From the NCBI RefSeq assembly GCF_009914755.1, contig NC_060937.1: a stretch of 64,000 bases of DNA. One strand, given 5' to 3'. Positions 26,951-42,227 of this stretch are shown here, piece by piece. The DNA comes from the human T2T-CHM13v2.0 reference genome, Homo sapiens. The notes below the pieces were generated by a model. The model searched no databases, was not told the DNA's origin, and saw only the letters and a list, made by a program, of their open reading frames with translations. A program made the translations under genes and the position numbers. Position 1 is the stretch's first letter, and every line of letters starts with the position of its first letter.

Positions 26951-27584
26951 AGAATGTACCAAGGAACATGGCGTTCTCCTCTCTCTGCTAATTTCAGCTA
27001 TGACTCTGGTATATAACACTTCTTGTAGAGGAAACTATGGATTCTCATGCGGGAAATATGTAGTCTTCATATTGCTATTTACATTGAAAATATTATTTAC
27101 ATGACACTTCCATTATAGCTATATCTTAAGTTTAATCTTGTTAACAGTTACAGTCTAACCTCCTTTGTGAATAAGGAATTCCGAGAAATGGGCTGTCCAC
27201 AGCTTGACATTGAGCATCGAAAGGGAAGAGGGGAGGGATAGGGACTGTGTCGTTCCTGACCACTGTGCCCAGTGGATTTGTGACCTCAAGACAACTATCA
27301 ACCACAGCGACAGCAGCCTGGCAGCCCAGGAATAAGGTGGAGAAACCAAGGTCCTGAAGTCTGCACCCCAAGGACTTTCCAAAATCCTTGGACAGATGAA
27401 GTTCTGCCAATACAGCGATAAGGCCTCAGACCACTCAACTGGGCTATACCTACAGATGGGACAGATAGAAACAAGTTCCGTCAAGAAGAATGTGTAGAAA
27501 AGAAAATTAGCCCAGAGGTTGATAGATGTTATTGTTCTGCTGGTAAAATCATAACAAACTCCTTTTGTTTTATTTTGCTTTTAG

Positions 27585-27605
27585 CTACACTTAGAGGAGA
27601 AGGAG
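27585..27605 (+). other. Candidate 21-nt microexon
   Basis: taac branch-like site, ccttttgttttattttgcttttAG | ctacacttagaggagaaggag | GTAAGT. Confidence 0.4.
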
Positions 27606-27900
27606 GTAAGTTGCAAGAAAGCAATCAGAGCTTAACATTTTCTAGTGTGTGCCCTAGCAATTCTGTGTTCAGAAAAATTACCTGAGACACTAGACTATCT
27701 TACAGCATCTTAGATATTTTTATTCTATCATACTTATTAAAATTAAAAAGTAAACATTAGAGAAACATTTTTTCATGATAAATACTGAAATGTTGTGGTA
27801 ATGTCATAAATATGTAATATTTGTTCTAAAATATGCAATAATTATTAGAACTTTTCTAGGTTGAGGACTAAGTGCTTTCAAGCTTCAAGAAGACGCTCTT

Positions 27901-28267
<367 letters not shown>

Positions 28268-28419
28268 TTATCTCTGGCAGGCTTCCAAGTAAAAGAGGTC
28301 AAGTAAGAAAATTTGTATTGCACATCTTCCTCTATCACTCCCAGTAGGAGGAAAAAATCTCTAAAAAGCAAATACAGTCAGTTTAGTTAATAGCATCTTC
28401 TTCTATTCCCACTACTCTC

Positions 28420-28905
<486 letters not shown>

Positions 28906-30509
28906 TTGATCCAATACGACTGTCCAGTCTAAGGCAAGTTCACAAGCGCCATACCACCGTTGACATGTTTCTCCTCTCACCTACTCTGTGGTTGTGATCA
29001 TATTGCCTGTGCTGCAAACTGACATTTTCAGTGCCCTCAATGTACATATGGAAAATACTTTCCTGCCCTAAAAAATTCTAATCGGTCCACAGAGATAATC
29101 ATCTTTATCATCATAAATTATTATTTTCTTCCAAACCTAAATGATACAGATATTTCTGATAGTAGCACAGACTCCTGTCTTAAGGAAGCTACTAGGAATT
29201 TGCACACAATGCCCCTACATCAATGTACATGCTGACATAGACTCATATTTGCAAGAGATTTTTAAGGGACCACCTATGTCTCTCATTTGAATGGGGAAAA
29301 TTACTTTCCATCAGAGCCAGGAGCACTTGCAGAGATAGACGAGAGTCCCAAGCCTGCAGCTTGCTGAGGGCCTGAGAGGCTGAAGCTGTGTGCTCTGCTC
29401 CGGGCTTCCCCACCAGCTTCCTCCGTGACTTTGGCAAAGCTCTCCAGGGCATAGAACCCAAAGCTGGCCCACACAATGGCATGGTTATCTTGGCATGAAA
29501 GCAATAGTTGCAAATTGGCGTGCTAGTTCAAAGAACTGGGAAACAAAAGCAGACGTGAGTTTTGACATACACTCTGGGAGCTGAGAATGGTGAGCGCACA
29601 GGAAAAGCGGGAATGCTAATGAGCATTGTTTTAAGCAAGCAAAGTATACAACTGCTGAACATGGCCATTTACTCCCCCAATGACTTTGTAAGCAAACCAG
29701 ATTTTACCTATCTGATACCCCTCAAATGGTTTGATTTGATATGGGGTTGTCTTGAGAAACTTAAGTTTTTCTCTTTGCCATTCTTATGATTCTTCTCTCC
29801 ATTTCTCCATCCCACCAAATAAAAATCCATTGGTGAGAATAAAATTCTCTTTCTCTTAGAGAATTTACGAGGGCCCTTGTAATAATCACTTCTGAAGAGG
29901 AGAATTGGGAATCCCACAACAAAGTACCACCTGTGGCATTGGGTGACTGTCTTCCTCTGATGCCAGGAACACAGAGCTGTTTCCCAGCAATGGGAAGAAT
30001 TGGCCAGGCCCACCAAATTCCACTTGCTTGTCAAGTGTGAGGGGTACCAGAGGCATAGCCTTTTGGGACCTCTGAGGGTTGAGGATGCTGAGGAAGAGAA
30101 TGCAGAAGCCCCCGCTATAAAGTGACAGCTGCAGACTGTGAGTGCAGAAGGGGCAGAGGCCAATAGCAGGATCGTGGCTCCCTGCCCATCTGCAGGGGAA
30201 GCCGGCACACCTGAGAAATGGAAAGAACATTCCTCCAATTAGTTAGCTTTCATCCCAGGAGTCTTTGTTAAGGAGCCTGTGGCTTGGGGAAGCTGTCGAA
30301 GCCCAAGAACAAACAGATTAACCCCTTCCTTTTGAGGGCCTATGAAATAGCTCATCAAGGAAGAGGAAAGATGAAGACAAGAACCTGCAGGACAAGGGAA
30401 AGACATAGAAGTGGCATAATTTAGGCCGACTGGTGACCTCTATAGTAAAAGGCCTCAGGGAGGGGAATTCTCTTTTCAGTATCCTTCAGGGAATTTTCCT
30501 TCTCACCTT

Positions 30510-31000
30510 CCTGGCCCTGTCTCAGTCTCCCATACAAACCAACCCAACTTTAAATGCTGGGGCTTCTAGGGGGCACCAGTGGAGCCCTTTGCCTTCTCCT
30601 GTTATACACAGTCCCCAGGAATCGCCAGATACTCCTGTGGCATCAGTAGCTACCCGAATTCCAAGGACTCTCCCATCGAGAGTTCCAAGTCAGCCCCACT
30701 CTTGAGCCTCAGCCTACCCTTTTAACTATTGTGCTTCTACTCCCTCTTCCTCCAGAAGCATCGGACTCCATGGGGGCAGGACAACTCACCCGTGTTCCTC
30801 AAAGCCTGCCCTGTTTCTGATTCATGTCTTTGTGAACAGCACTATCACTCACCCAGGCCAGAAACCTGAATACATCTTCCAAATCTGTCTCTTGCTCTCC
30901 ATTCCCATCACCAAGACCTCAGCTCAGATGCCCTGTCTTCCTCACCTGGCTGCTATCTGGAATCCCTCTCTCCAGTCTCATCTTCCAGTCAGCTCCTCAC
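30510..31000 (+). mobile_element. L2 fragments
   Basis: gtgaacagcactatcactcacccaggccagaaacctgaatacatc, typical L2 internal motif. Confidence 0.55.
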
Positions 31001-31972
31001 AGTGTTATCATGTTAGTGTTTCCACAAGATGGAACATTCTCTGTCATGGGAAGTTTGTACTTGTCTTACACCTTTGCCCAGAGTCCCATTGCTGAGAACC
31101 ATAAGGCACTCTGAAGAGCCATAGAGAGAGCTACCAGTCACCTCCTTCCAGGGCTGGCTGAGAAGAGGCCGAATGGGTGCTTCATCTCTCATTCCCACCA
31201 CTGCATCCAGCAAGTACATACAGAAGCCTGGAGCTCATTAGGTCTGAGCAGTAAGGAAGAGGAGGCATTGAGCCCTTCAGTGGAGGGGAGGAGTGCTGTG
31301 GCTTTACCCCTCCATGTACCCCAGGGAGGTGCGATATAAGAGAATTCTTCCAGAAGAGTGGAGTTGCCAGCACAGAAGGACCCTGAGCCTTCACTCCCAG
31401 CTTGATGTTTACTGAATGACAGTAACTAGGAGGCCCATCCCAGTCACCCAAAACAAAGCATGACAGACAGCCCCTGGGAGAATTTGACTTCTATCTTCTG
31501 GAGTTTGTCAACATATGTGAAGACAGAGGCAGATAGGAGACTGCTTCTCACCTGCCATAGTCTGAACACTGCTCAGATAGGGGAAGAGAAGAAACAGTGG
31601 ACCCACCTGAGTTCCCAGCAAGGATACACACATTTCCATGGGAAAATACATGCCACAGAAGGAAGTGGGACTCCTGCCATCCAAGGGACTCAGGGGTCTA
31701 TTTTCGGAGGCAAGAGCTAGGAAGCTGTCACAAGAAACAATCTCTAGAATACATCACCTATGTCAAAGAAGTGCACAGTATCAAGGTCTTGCAGAACCTT
31801 CCAAAAAATATCTGAAAATAAACACACACAAGAATATTTCCGCCTTTTCCTTCAGCTTTTACCTCTTTCAAATCTTACAGCAAGAAACAGAGATGATAGA
31901 GTAGATTCAAACTGCAGGCTCCAGCCCCCAGGTCAGGATGGAGATGAGGGGCAGAAGGTGCCGGTTAAATGT

Positions 31973-32104
31973 GAGTGGTGTTGTGATTTAGATACTACTT
32001 GATTTGTTAATATCTGTAAATGAGTCAATTGTCAAAATAAGACTGGTCTTAGAGTCAAATGTGCCTGGAAACCTACAGAATCTTCTAGAGATGTTTTCAA
32101 ATGT
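31973..32104 (+). repeat. Dispersed direct repeat, copy 1 (~130 bp)
   Basis: Aligns with 33345-33469. Confidence 0.9.
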
Positions 32105-32299
32105 TGAGGAAGAAAGACCTGGTATGACACATTTAAAAGCAGTGTTGGGATAAAAACAAACTCACACCTCATACTCCAAAGTCAAAATTATCATGTCACT
32201 CTTCCGCTTGAAATCTTCTCAGTGGCTTCCAGACATAATTCTTGGCATATAATACACATAATAAATGCTATTTTTAAGAAAAAAAAACAATTGAGCACA

Positions 32300-33010
32300 T
32301 CTACATCAGACACAAAAAATCTGAGTCCAAGTCCTAATTTTCTGTTTATTATTCAGGATGTCGGAGAAGAAATCTACTTGTGTGAACCTCAGCTTTCTCC
32401 TGTATAAATGAAGAAAACAGCAATGTTACCTCACAGCTTTGTTGCAGGATTAAATAGTAACATGAATGTAAGTAGTATTCTGTCAATCACTTCGCAAAAT
32501 ATAAAGCACTATCCAAATATTCATTCATGAATTCCCTCATTCAGTGAAGATGCCCTTGGTGCTGGAGAACGAGTGGTGAATGAGATGGACAAAAACGATG
32601 CTCTCTAGTTGGGGGAGACAGACAAAAGAAAAAAAGATCACGTCAGAAAGCCCTAAGTGCCATGAAGAAAATAAAATCAAGAGAGTAAGAGCGATCTGGA
32701 TAAAAATAAGCCTCCTTTAATTGAAAGGAGCTAGATTGAGTGGCCTGGGAGGGCCTCTTTGAGGATGAGACACTTGCACTGACATTTTAACCACAGGAAG
32801 GAAAAACCAGAGTCTTGCAGAGACTTACAAGCAAAGACTATAGAAAGAACAAAGGCTTTCGGTTGATCTAGGCTTGGGGTGCGTGAAGAAAGAAAGAAGA
32901 ATGTGGACACCATGAGCCAGGGAACAGAGCTTATAATCTGGTCAAATGGGGTCAGTTCGCGGTGGGCCTTGGTATTTTAGGTAAGTATGCTTACTTGATT
33001 TTAGTTGTTA
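32300..33010. mobile_element. MIR (+) followed by L2 (-)
   Basis: gaacctcagctttctcctgtataaatgaag (MIR); ttcattcatgaattcc...ctagttgggggagacagac...gggagggcctctttgaggatgagacactt (L2). Confidence 0.7.
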
Positions 33011-33047
33011 TTTTATAAGCAACAACGACAACAAAATTGTAAGCTAG

Positions 33048-33175
33048 TTTTTTTTTTTTTTCTTTCTGAGATGAGGTCTCACTCTGTTTTGCCCAGACGG
33101 AACTCAAACTCGTGATCCTCTCACCTTAGCCTCCCATGTTGCTGGGATTGCAGGTGTGCACCACCGCACCTGGCT
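33048..33175 (-). mobile_element. FLAM (free left Alu monomer)
   Basis: poly-T, gagatgaggtctcactctgttttgcccag...gctgggattgcaggtgtgcaccaccgcacctggc; degenerate TSD aaattgtaagc/aaatcataagc. Confidence 0.85.
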
Positions 33176-33344
33176 GAAATCATAAGCATCCAGAAAAGGA
33201 AGGTTCACCTTAGGGTCTTTCCCTTTCTCCTTTCTGTACCCCTCTCCCAGTTGTTCTGCCTGTTCCCCCAGATCTCTAGGATCCTCTCCTGCCTTCAGAT
33301 GACTATCCAATCCCCTCACCCCTCTTGCCCGTTTACTCACGTGA

Positions 33345-33469
33345 GAGTGGTGTTTTGATTTAGATGCCACCGAACTTGTTAATGTCTGTAAGTGAATTAA
33401 TTATCAAAATAAGACTGAGTTAAATGTGCCTGAAAACCTACAGAATCTTCTAGAGGTGTTTTCAAATGT
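33345..33469 (+). repeat. Dispersed direct repeat, copy 2
   Basis: Aligns with 31973-32104; followed by tandem gtctacctcagaggaacc x2. Confidence 0.9.
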
Positions 33470-33901
33470 CTACCTCAGAGGAACCAAGGTCTACCTCAGA
33501 GGAACCCTCCCTAAGGCCAAATCACTGCTGGGTTGTAAAACAATTAAAATTCAATAAGATGAGTATACCTTTTAAGTTTATCTACTTTAAGATTTAACTA
33601 ATTTACCTTCTAAAGATAATGCTTATTGATCAAAATGAAACACTAACTGCCAACTTTTAAGGTGATAGAACAGGGTGAGGCATTTTGAAGTAATATAGGT
33701 TATTGATATGCCAATGTTCCAATGTAAGAAAAATATCATATGAAGTGACTTTTTAAAACATGAGCACTTATCTATTTTCCGTTTTCTGGCAGTTGGTAAT
33801 CTGGTCCTCTGGAAGCTACATTTCCAAGTTCCAAACCTAACAAGCCCTCTCCTGCTCACATATTTCTGACCTACAAAACAATCAAGCCATTGAAAGGCAG
33901 G

Positions 33902-33935
33902 TATATTAGTCAAGATTCTCCAGAGAAACAGAACC

Positions 33936-33987
<52 letters not shown>

Positions 33988-34436
33988 GACGTGTTAGAGA
34001 CGATATACTATGAAAATTGACTCACATGATAATAGAAGCCGGAAAGTCCCACAACGTGCCATCTGTAAACTGAAGAATCAGGGAAGCTGGAGGTGGTATA
34101 ATCCAGTCTGAGTTGGAAGGCCTGAAAATCAGGGGAGTCTTGCTGGAGGGGTGGGGTTTGGGAGGTGCTGGTGTTAAGTCCTGGAGTGTGAAGGCTGGAG
34201 AACAGGAGCTGTGATGTCTGAGGGCAGGAGAAGATGGACATCTCAACTGAAGAAGGGAGAGCAATAAGGCCTGCTCATGTCCATCAGTGAAGGCAGATCT
34301 TCTTTACTCAGTCTATGGATTCAAATGCTAATCTCTTCTGGAAATACCCTCAAAGAAACACCCAGAAATAATGTTTTACCAGCTATCTGGGTATTCTTTA
34401 ATTCCATTAAGTTGATGCATAAAATGAACCATCATG
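33902..34436 (-). mobile_element. MLT2 (ERVL) solo LTR with internal (GA)n
   Basis: tatattagtcaagattctccagagaaacagaaccaat...aagttgatgcataaaatgaaccatca; 5-bp TSD gcagg at 33897 and 34437; (GA)n at 33939-33983. Confidence 0.92.
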
Positions 34437-34936
34437 GCAGGTATTTTGCCATTGTCATGAAACACATTTTGAGAATGTTAAGGAGGCTATGAATTGACCA
34501 TCTCTTGTTCTTCCTGGTTCCATCCAGCAGACCCCAATATTTTGTCTGATCTATACCTGCATCTCTAGCTATAGCTATGTTCATTTCCTTATCCATATTG
34601 TATCTTATGTCATCAGTGAAAAGATGAGGACTGATGTTCTTCATTCATAGCTTTCTTTACTTTGAATGCTCACAGTAACCATATTCATATTCAAATCAGT
34701 AACCAACAAAGGTAAGGGAATGAAATATATTTTTTTAGATATCCAAATTTATACAGTTATTAATACCTGTGAAGATTCATGGATATAGATATTTCTTTTC
34801 ATACATGACACCTCTAACATGACTCTCCCTTTGTCTCAGCCCATGTCAGCTTTGACATGGCTGCTGACTATTCCCGTGAGATGTGGTTGCAACTGAGCCC
34901 TGGTTCAAGGGGTCTTCCCTGCAGCTGGAGGGCTAA

Positions 34937-35361
34937 TGTATTAGGCCATTCTTACATTGCTATAAAGAAATACCTGAGACTGGATAATTTATAAAGAAAA
35001 GAACTTTAATTGGCTGACCGTTTTATAGGCTGTGGAGGAAGCATGATGCTGACATCTCCTTGGCTTCTGGGGAGGCCTCAGGAAACTTACAATCATGGCA
35101 GAAGGTAAAGGGGGAGCAGACATGTCACATCGCCAGAGGAGAAGCAAGAGTGAGAGAGAGGGGAGGTGCTACACACTTTTAAATGACCAGATCTCCTTAG
35201 AACCCACTCACTATTGGGAGGACAACATCAAGAGGATGGTGCTAAACCATTCATGCGAAATCACCCCTATGATCCAATCACCTCTCACCAGGCCCCACTT
35301 CCAACAGTGGGGATTACAATTCGACAAGATTTGGGTGGAGACACAGATCCAAATCATATCA
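34937..35361 (-). mobile_element. MSTA-like MaLR solo LTR
   Basis: tgtattaggccattcttacattgctataaagaaatacctgagactgg...ggaaacttacaatcatggcagaagg...acacagatccaaatcatatca. Confidence 0.92.
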
Positions 35362-38300
35362 GAACCCTCTGAGGCCACGATAGAGAACCCAATGGTGGTT
35401 ATGTAGGCTGGCAACCATTAGCTAACATCAGGATCCCTTCCAAGGAACAGGGAAACTTCCTAGAAAATCCTTTCACTCTTGACAAAGCCTAGCTTCCAAG
35501 ATTTAATGCAAAAATCTTACTTTGGTAATTGAAAATAAAAAATGAATATTGACTGTTTCTTTGCATTCCCATCTCAATTGCCCTACAGATAGTATCTTGG
35601 GCTGACTTCAGAGAAAGTCTTAGACATGCAAAAGGGAAAATAATTTTTTTTTCAAAAACATTACCCTGATGAAAGTTTGAGTTATGAATTGAATCAAGCT
35701 CTGTACTTGTAGGTGGGAATAAAAAGATGAATGAGATATGACCCCAACTTGCAAGAGTCTCCTTCTGGTGGGGGGATACATGTAAAAGGATAATTATAAT
35801 ACTGAATGAAAAGCTTAGATTGAAACATTCCCCTGCTCCTCAATTCCTCCCTACTCTGCCTTTATTTTGTGATAGACACGATACTGGCTGAGCAATGGAA
35901 AAATTCAAAGTAAGACACTTTATTTGGGCTCAGTTGGAATTTGACTAGCAAATAATTTATTAGGGAAAGCCAATAGGAAAGTAGTCGCCCTGTGGCACAC
36001 AGGAAAAAGAGCTGTGAGGGGTGGCAAGAGATCATTCTTTTTCTAATGAGAAAATTTCAAAAATATGCTAAAAATCTGTTGCCACATAACATTTTGAAGA
36101 ATATGGTATATATGAATCAGAATCGACACCTTCCAAAATGAACAATAGCTACAGATGTAACAGCTTTCATAATAAAACTGATTTAGAAAGTTGGTAGAAA
36201 CAATCACCAAAACATTTGGCGGAAAATCACATTGTAAAGTGGCTTTGTAATCTTAAACAGGAAAGCACAATATATTTTTCATTAAAGAGGGTTGATCAAA
36301 ACTAATTTCTAATTTTTTGTTACTATAATAATAATGATTCAAATACAAATGAAAATATACAATCAATCAGACAATCTTTGCAAACTGATTCTAAAACAGA
36401 ATCTCACACAAATATGGATATTCTCCCCCCAAATAAGTAACTCTTGGGGTGTGTAGACTGTGGAGTTTATAAAGCCAGGATTGTTTATATGCCTCAAGCA
36501 ACTCTCTTTATAGCATTGTTTTTGAAATGCTCTGCAATCCAAAAATCATATTTGACCTCATGATTACTTTTAAATGGTCCACAGGAATTAAATATACTGA
36601 GCTCACTTGGTTCTAAATATCATTGGCGTAATTACGTAAAGCCTAAATGCTTTCAATTACGAAATACACACAGATACGTGGTGCTAGCTTTAAACAAAAG
36701 TAGCTGTTTAGCAATGAACAGTGTAAACAAAACTTGTTGTATAAGTTAACTGCAGAGAATTGCATAGGGTTAATGATGCTGCTTTGGTACTAGGTCTTGC
36801 GGCTCTTTCTCAGTATTAATCCTTACAGGATGGTTTGACTATTTGTGGAGAGACTTGTGGTAAAAACCAGGAATTTATTTCAACTGGGCAAAAACTCCCT
36901 TTGAAGCATATCTACATTATTTCAAATGACCTAAATATGGATTTAGTAAAGCATTGAATTAGATGTCCTGGAATTTATGTCTAAGCCTATTCTAAGTTTT
37001 ATATGCTAGGGATTATGTTTACCTCTGGGTTTTGGCTATCACAATCATTCAAATAAAATGTGAACAGAAAAGTAAGTCCTCTTTAAAAGTAAAACTCTGA
37101 AATGCAGAAATCTGGCACCAAATGTCTCCCAACACCCCATTTAATAACGCTCATGATTTGTGGTTGCCAAATTGCCCATCGGCAAGAAGAATTTGCATAC
37201 TGGGCAGGAGGATGAAGCTGGATCGGGTGTATTTAGGCACAGTTCACTGTCTGGTTTCTTCCCTTGTTGGGTTGGGGGCTAACTGGAGAGCAGAACAGGG
37301 CAAAGACACTGGGAACTATGGCAGTTGAGTTCCTGGATGAGCCTGGAGCTGGGAAAAAATGGGACTGGGTCATAGCAAGTTGTATGCTTGTAGCAGCAAG
37401 TTTTTGGTGCTAGGAAATATTAGACCTTTGAAATCTCTAAATCTTAGCTAAGATCTGAAAGATCACAAGTTTGGGGTCCACAATAAATTTTGGGAGACTA
37501 ATTTTCTCTTCCTTGGCCCTTCCTTTTCCAGGTTCTGTGTGCCAGGATACCACCTCCAAGACCCCAGTCACTCTCCTCTCTACTTACACTATCCTACACA
37601 AACACACATACACCCCCACACACAGACACACACACAGGCACACACCCCCCACACACGTAGACACAGAGACACCAGAACACATTCGAGAAACCCAACCAAG
37701 ACCATCTTGACTAGTTATTTCTCCTCTATTTTCTACAATAATCTTTTCTTTATCAACAATTGATATGTTTTTGAAATGAGACCAGACCTGGCTTGTATGC
37801 ATCCACCATCTTCTCCTGCCATTAATTGGAGTTTGGAGGCCAAACTCTAGGCACAGCTGCATCGGCATCAACAATAACAAGAACCATGTTGAGACACAGT
37901 TGATCATCACCAAAGCTCTTCTTTAGGTTGGAAGGGATAGCTGATCCGGCTGCTTCTGAGGCATGACCAGGCTGGGGCAGCTAGCTGCAGAAAACCCCTG
38001 GTGTACCCAGATATCCTGCACCCCCAAAACTCCCCATAAGACAAAACTATAGAGACCAAGGGGTAGAAACCTATGAAGAGTAACCGAGAATGACTGAATC
38101 ATAGGAATGAATGTTCCTGGAGCCTCTTTTCTAAAAAGTCTCCAGTAAACCTAAAACCAACCAGCCAAAGTTGGCCAAGGTCGGCCTTCAGGTACTCAGC
38201 AGAAAGGCCAATCTCAAGGTTCACACAACCTTTTTGGCAGAACTCCTTTTCGGCATTTCAGACTCTGGCACCCACAGCCCTGGAACAAAAACATTTCAAT

Positions 38301-38909
38301 TTTCAAGAGCTGGCTAGGAATTCTAGAGAAGGAGAATTCATTTAGAGTTTTGCACATACAAGAAGTTGGGAGGAGGGTGAAGTCCAAATGTGTGGGCATA
38401 TTCTGCTTTTACTCCCTGTGTTTTTGGAAGACACCATGTATTCAATGATATCAAGGGCTTCTGAAATATCCAGGTGTGCCTGTTCTAGTGAATAAGTTGT
38501 CCCTGAGCTGGTGTCTGGGCAATCTTCTGTTTAGTTAGGTACAAACCAAAGCACCTGACAGTGTCAATGCCTTCAGGAGGCTACAGCACGGGAGCATGTG
38601 AACGTGAAATCCACTCAGGAGGGAGCTGGGGAGATTGGGTCAGAGTTTCAGGTTCAGAGGGGAGAATTCTACTAACTGGTTTGTAGAATTCAGGATTCTC
38701 ACTGGACTGCCTTAAACATCAGGACTTTAAACTACCACAAATGGGAGTATTTCTCAATATTCTACAGTTTGAATTCCAAATTCCCAATTTTTGAAGTGTT
38801 GGTGAACCAGTTGCAATGATATTTAGTTAACAGATTCTAACACAAACTCATTATTTATTTAATAATTTTTAAAAGATTCATTTAAAAATATAAATGTATT
38901 TTTTTAAAA

Positions 38910-41018
<2,109 letters not shown>

Positions 41019-41408
41019 TTGCCAGATGTGGTCCTTACAGGCCTCTAAGGTCCTCTGTGACTGACGCCTGTGGTTTCCAAAGGGAGATGATGGTTAAGAA
41101 GTGAGTGCCCCCAGCAGACAGAGCTTTGACTTAAAGGTGTTTATGAAAGGTGTTTATGAACAGTATCAGCATCTTCCCTGAGAAGAGATTTTGGAAAAGT
41201 GAATTAGCCACCAAATCACAGCTTGGGCACCAGCAAGATGGTAAGGTCATCTAAAACTCTTGACTAGAAACAGCTCAAATAAGTTACACTCATTTAGCAA
41301 TTTTTGCCTAGAGTTAGAGAGCTCAAAGCAGGAATCTTCAGTTTCACTGGTGGATCGGTATTTGCAAAACTGTTCAATATCAAAAGAAAATGAAATGTTA
41401 AAAGCTGC

Positions 41409-41940
41409 TGTGGGGACTTATAATGTGACAGTTTGAATAGGCTGAGCTACATTTTCCAAAATTACCTTTCTTGTAAATTTCTGGTTACAGAGTCAGAAGG
41501 AGGATTCTTGTGAGATGAGGAGAGGAAAGGGGAGGCAGTGGCCACATTGAAGGTCATGAGCATTGTTGGGATCTGCTGAGTTACCTCATGGGTGTGAGGC
41601 AGCAGCTGGACCTGCACCTGCTCCCCTTTCCCCCGGATCTTCCTTCAGTTTCTCTTACCCCCAGGTCAGGTACATGTGTGTTCAGCTCTGTGCTGAACAC
41701 ACAAGGGCCAGCATCTGCAGGATACACTCCAAAGTCAGAGGCAAAACAACAGCCTAGGCTGTCTGTCTATTCTTGTGGGGTCCCAGCTTTGTGCTTGCAG
41801 TATTTTTGCCCAGTCATGATCTTGTTGTGACTGTCTGCCACGTGTATCTCAAGTTCCACATCAGACACAGAAACAAAGCCTTGAAGAGATGGCTCAACCG
41901 GACCCCACAGCTGTATACGCCAATTCCCTGTAACACATAA
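41409..41940 (+). mobile_element. ERVL-class LTR (MLT2-related)
   Basis: tgtggggacttataatgtgacagtttgaataggctgagctacattttcc... and gctcaaccggaccccacagctgtatacgccaattccctgtaa. Confidence 0.6.
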
Positions 41941-42087
41941 CTGTTCATTTTATCTGTAAGGCTTCTAGACAGTAGTAGGCTATTAGTAGTTAACTTTTGG
42001 AGGAGTCAAAAGTTATGTGCAAATTTTTGACTGTATGGGGGTGAAGGGTCAGTTATCATAACCTCCACATTTTTCAAGGGTCAACTG
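41941..42087 (+). mobile_element. Tigger2/MER8-like DNA transposon end
   Basis: gtaggctattagtagttaacttttggaggagtcaaaagttatg...ttttcaagggtcaactg followed by TA. Confidence 0.85.
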
Positions 42088-42227
42088 TACATGATAGCAA
42101 GGATCAAAATTCATTTTCTGTTCTAAATCCAATGCTCCTATACTACTAACCTATAGCAATCAATGGCTGCAGTCTCTTGGCAATTTACTACCTCAGATTT
42201 AACAAAATATATGTAAATATAAATACA

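Noticed and set aside
27141-27484. Overlapping 89-aa and 109-aa minus-strand ORFs in unique DNA
   Set aside because: No recognisable domain or convincing splice framing; lengths are expected by chance.
30110-30145. TATAAA followed by a GTGAGT donor as a promoter/first exon
   Set aside because: The predicted TSS would fall at or after the donor; there is no CpG island or other support.
32960-32990. AG|GTAAGT as a recursive splice site
   Set aside because: It has no adequate polypyrimidine tract and lies within an L2 fragment.
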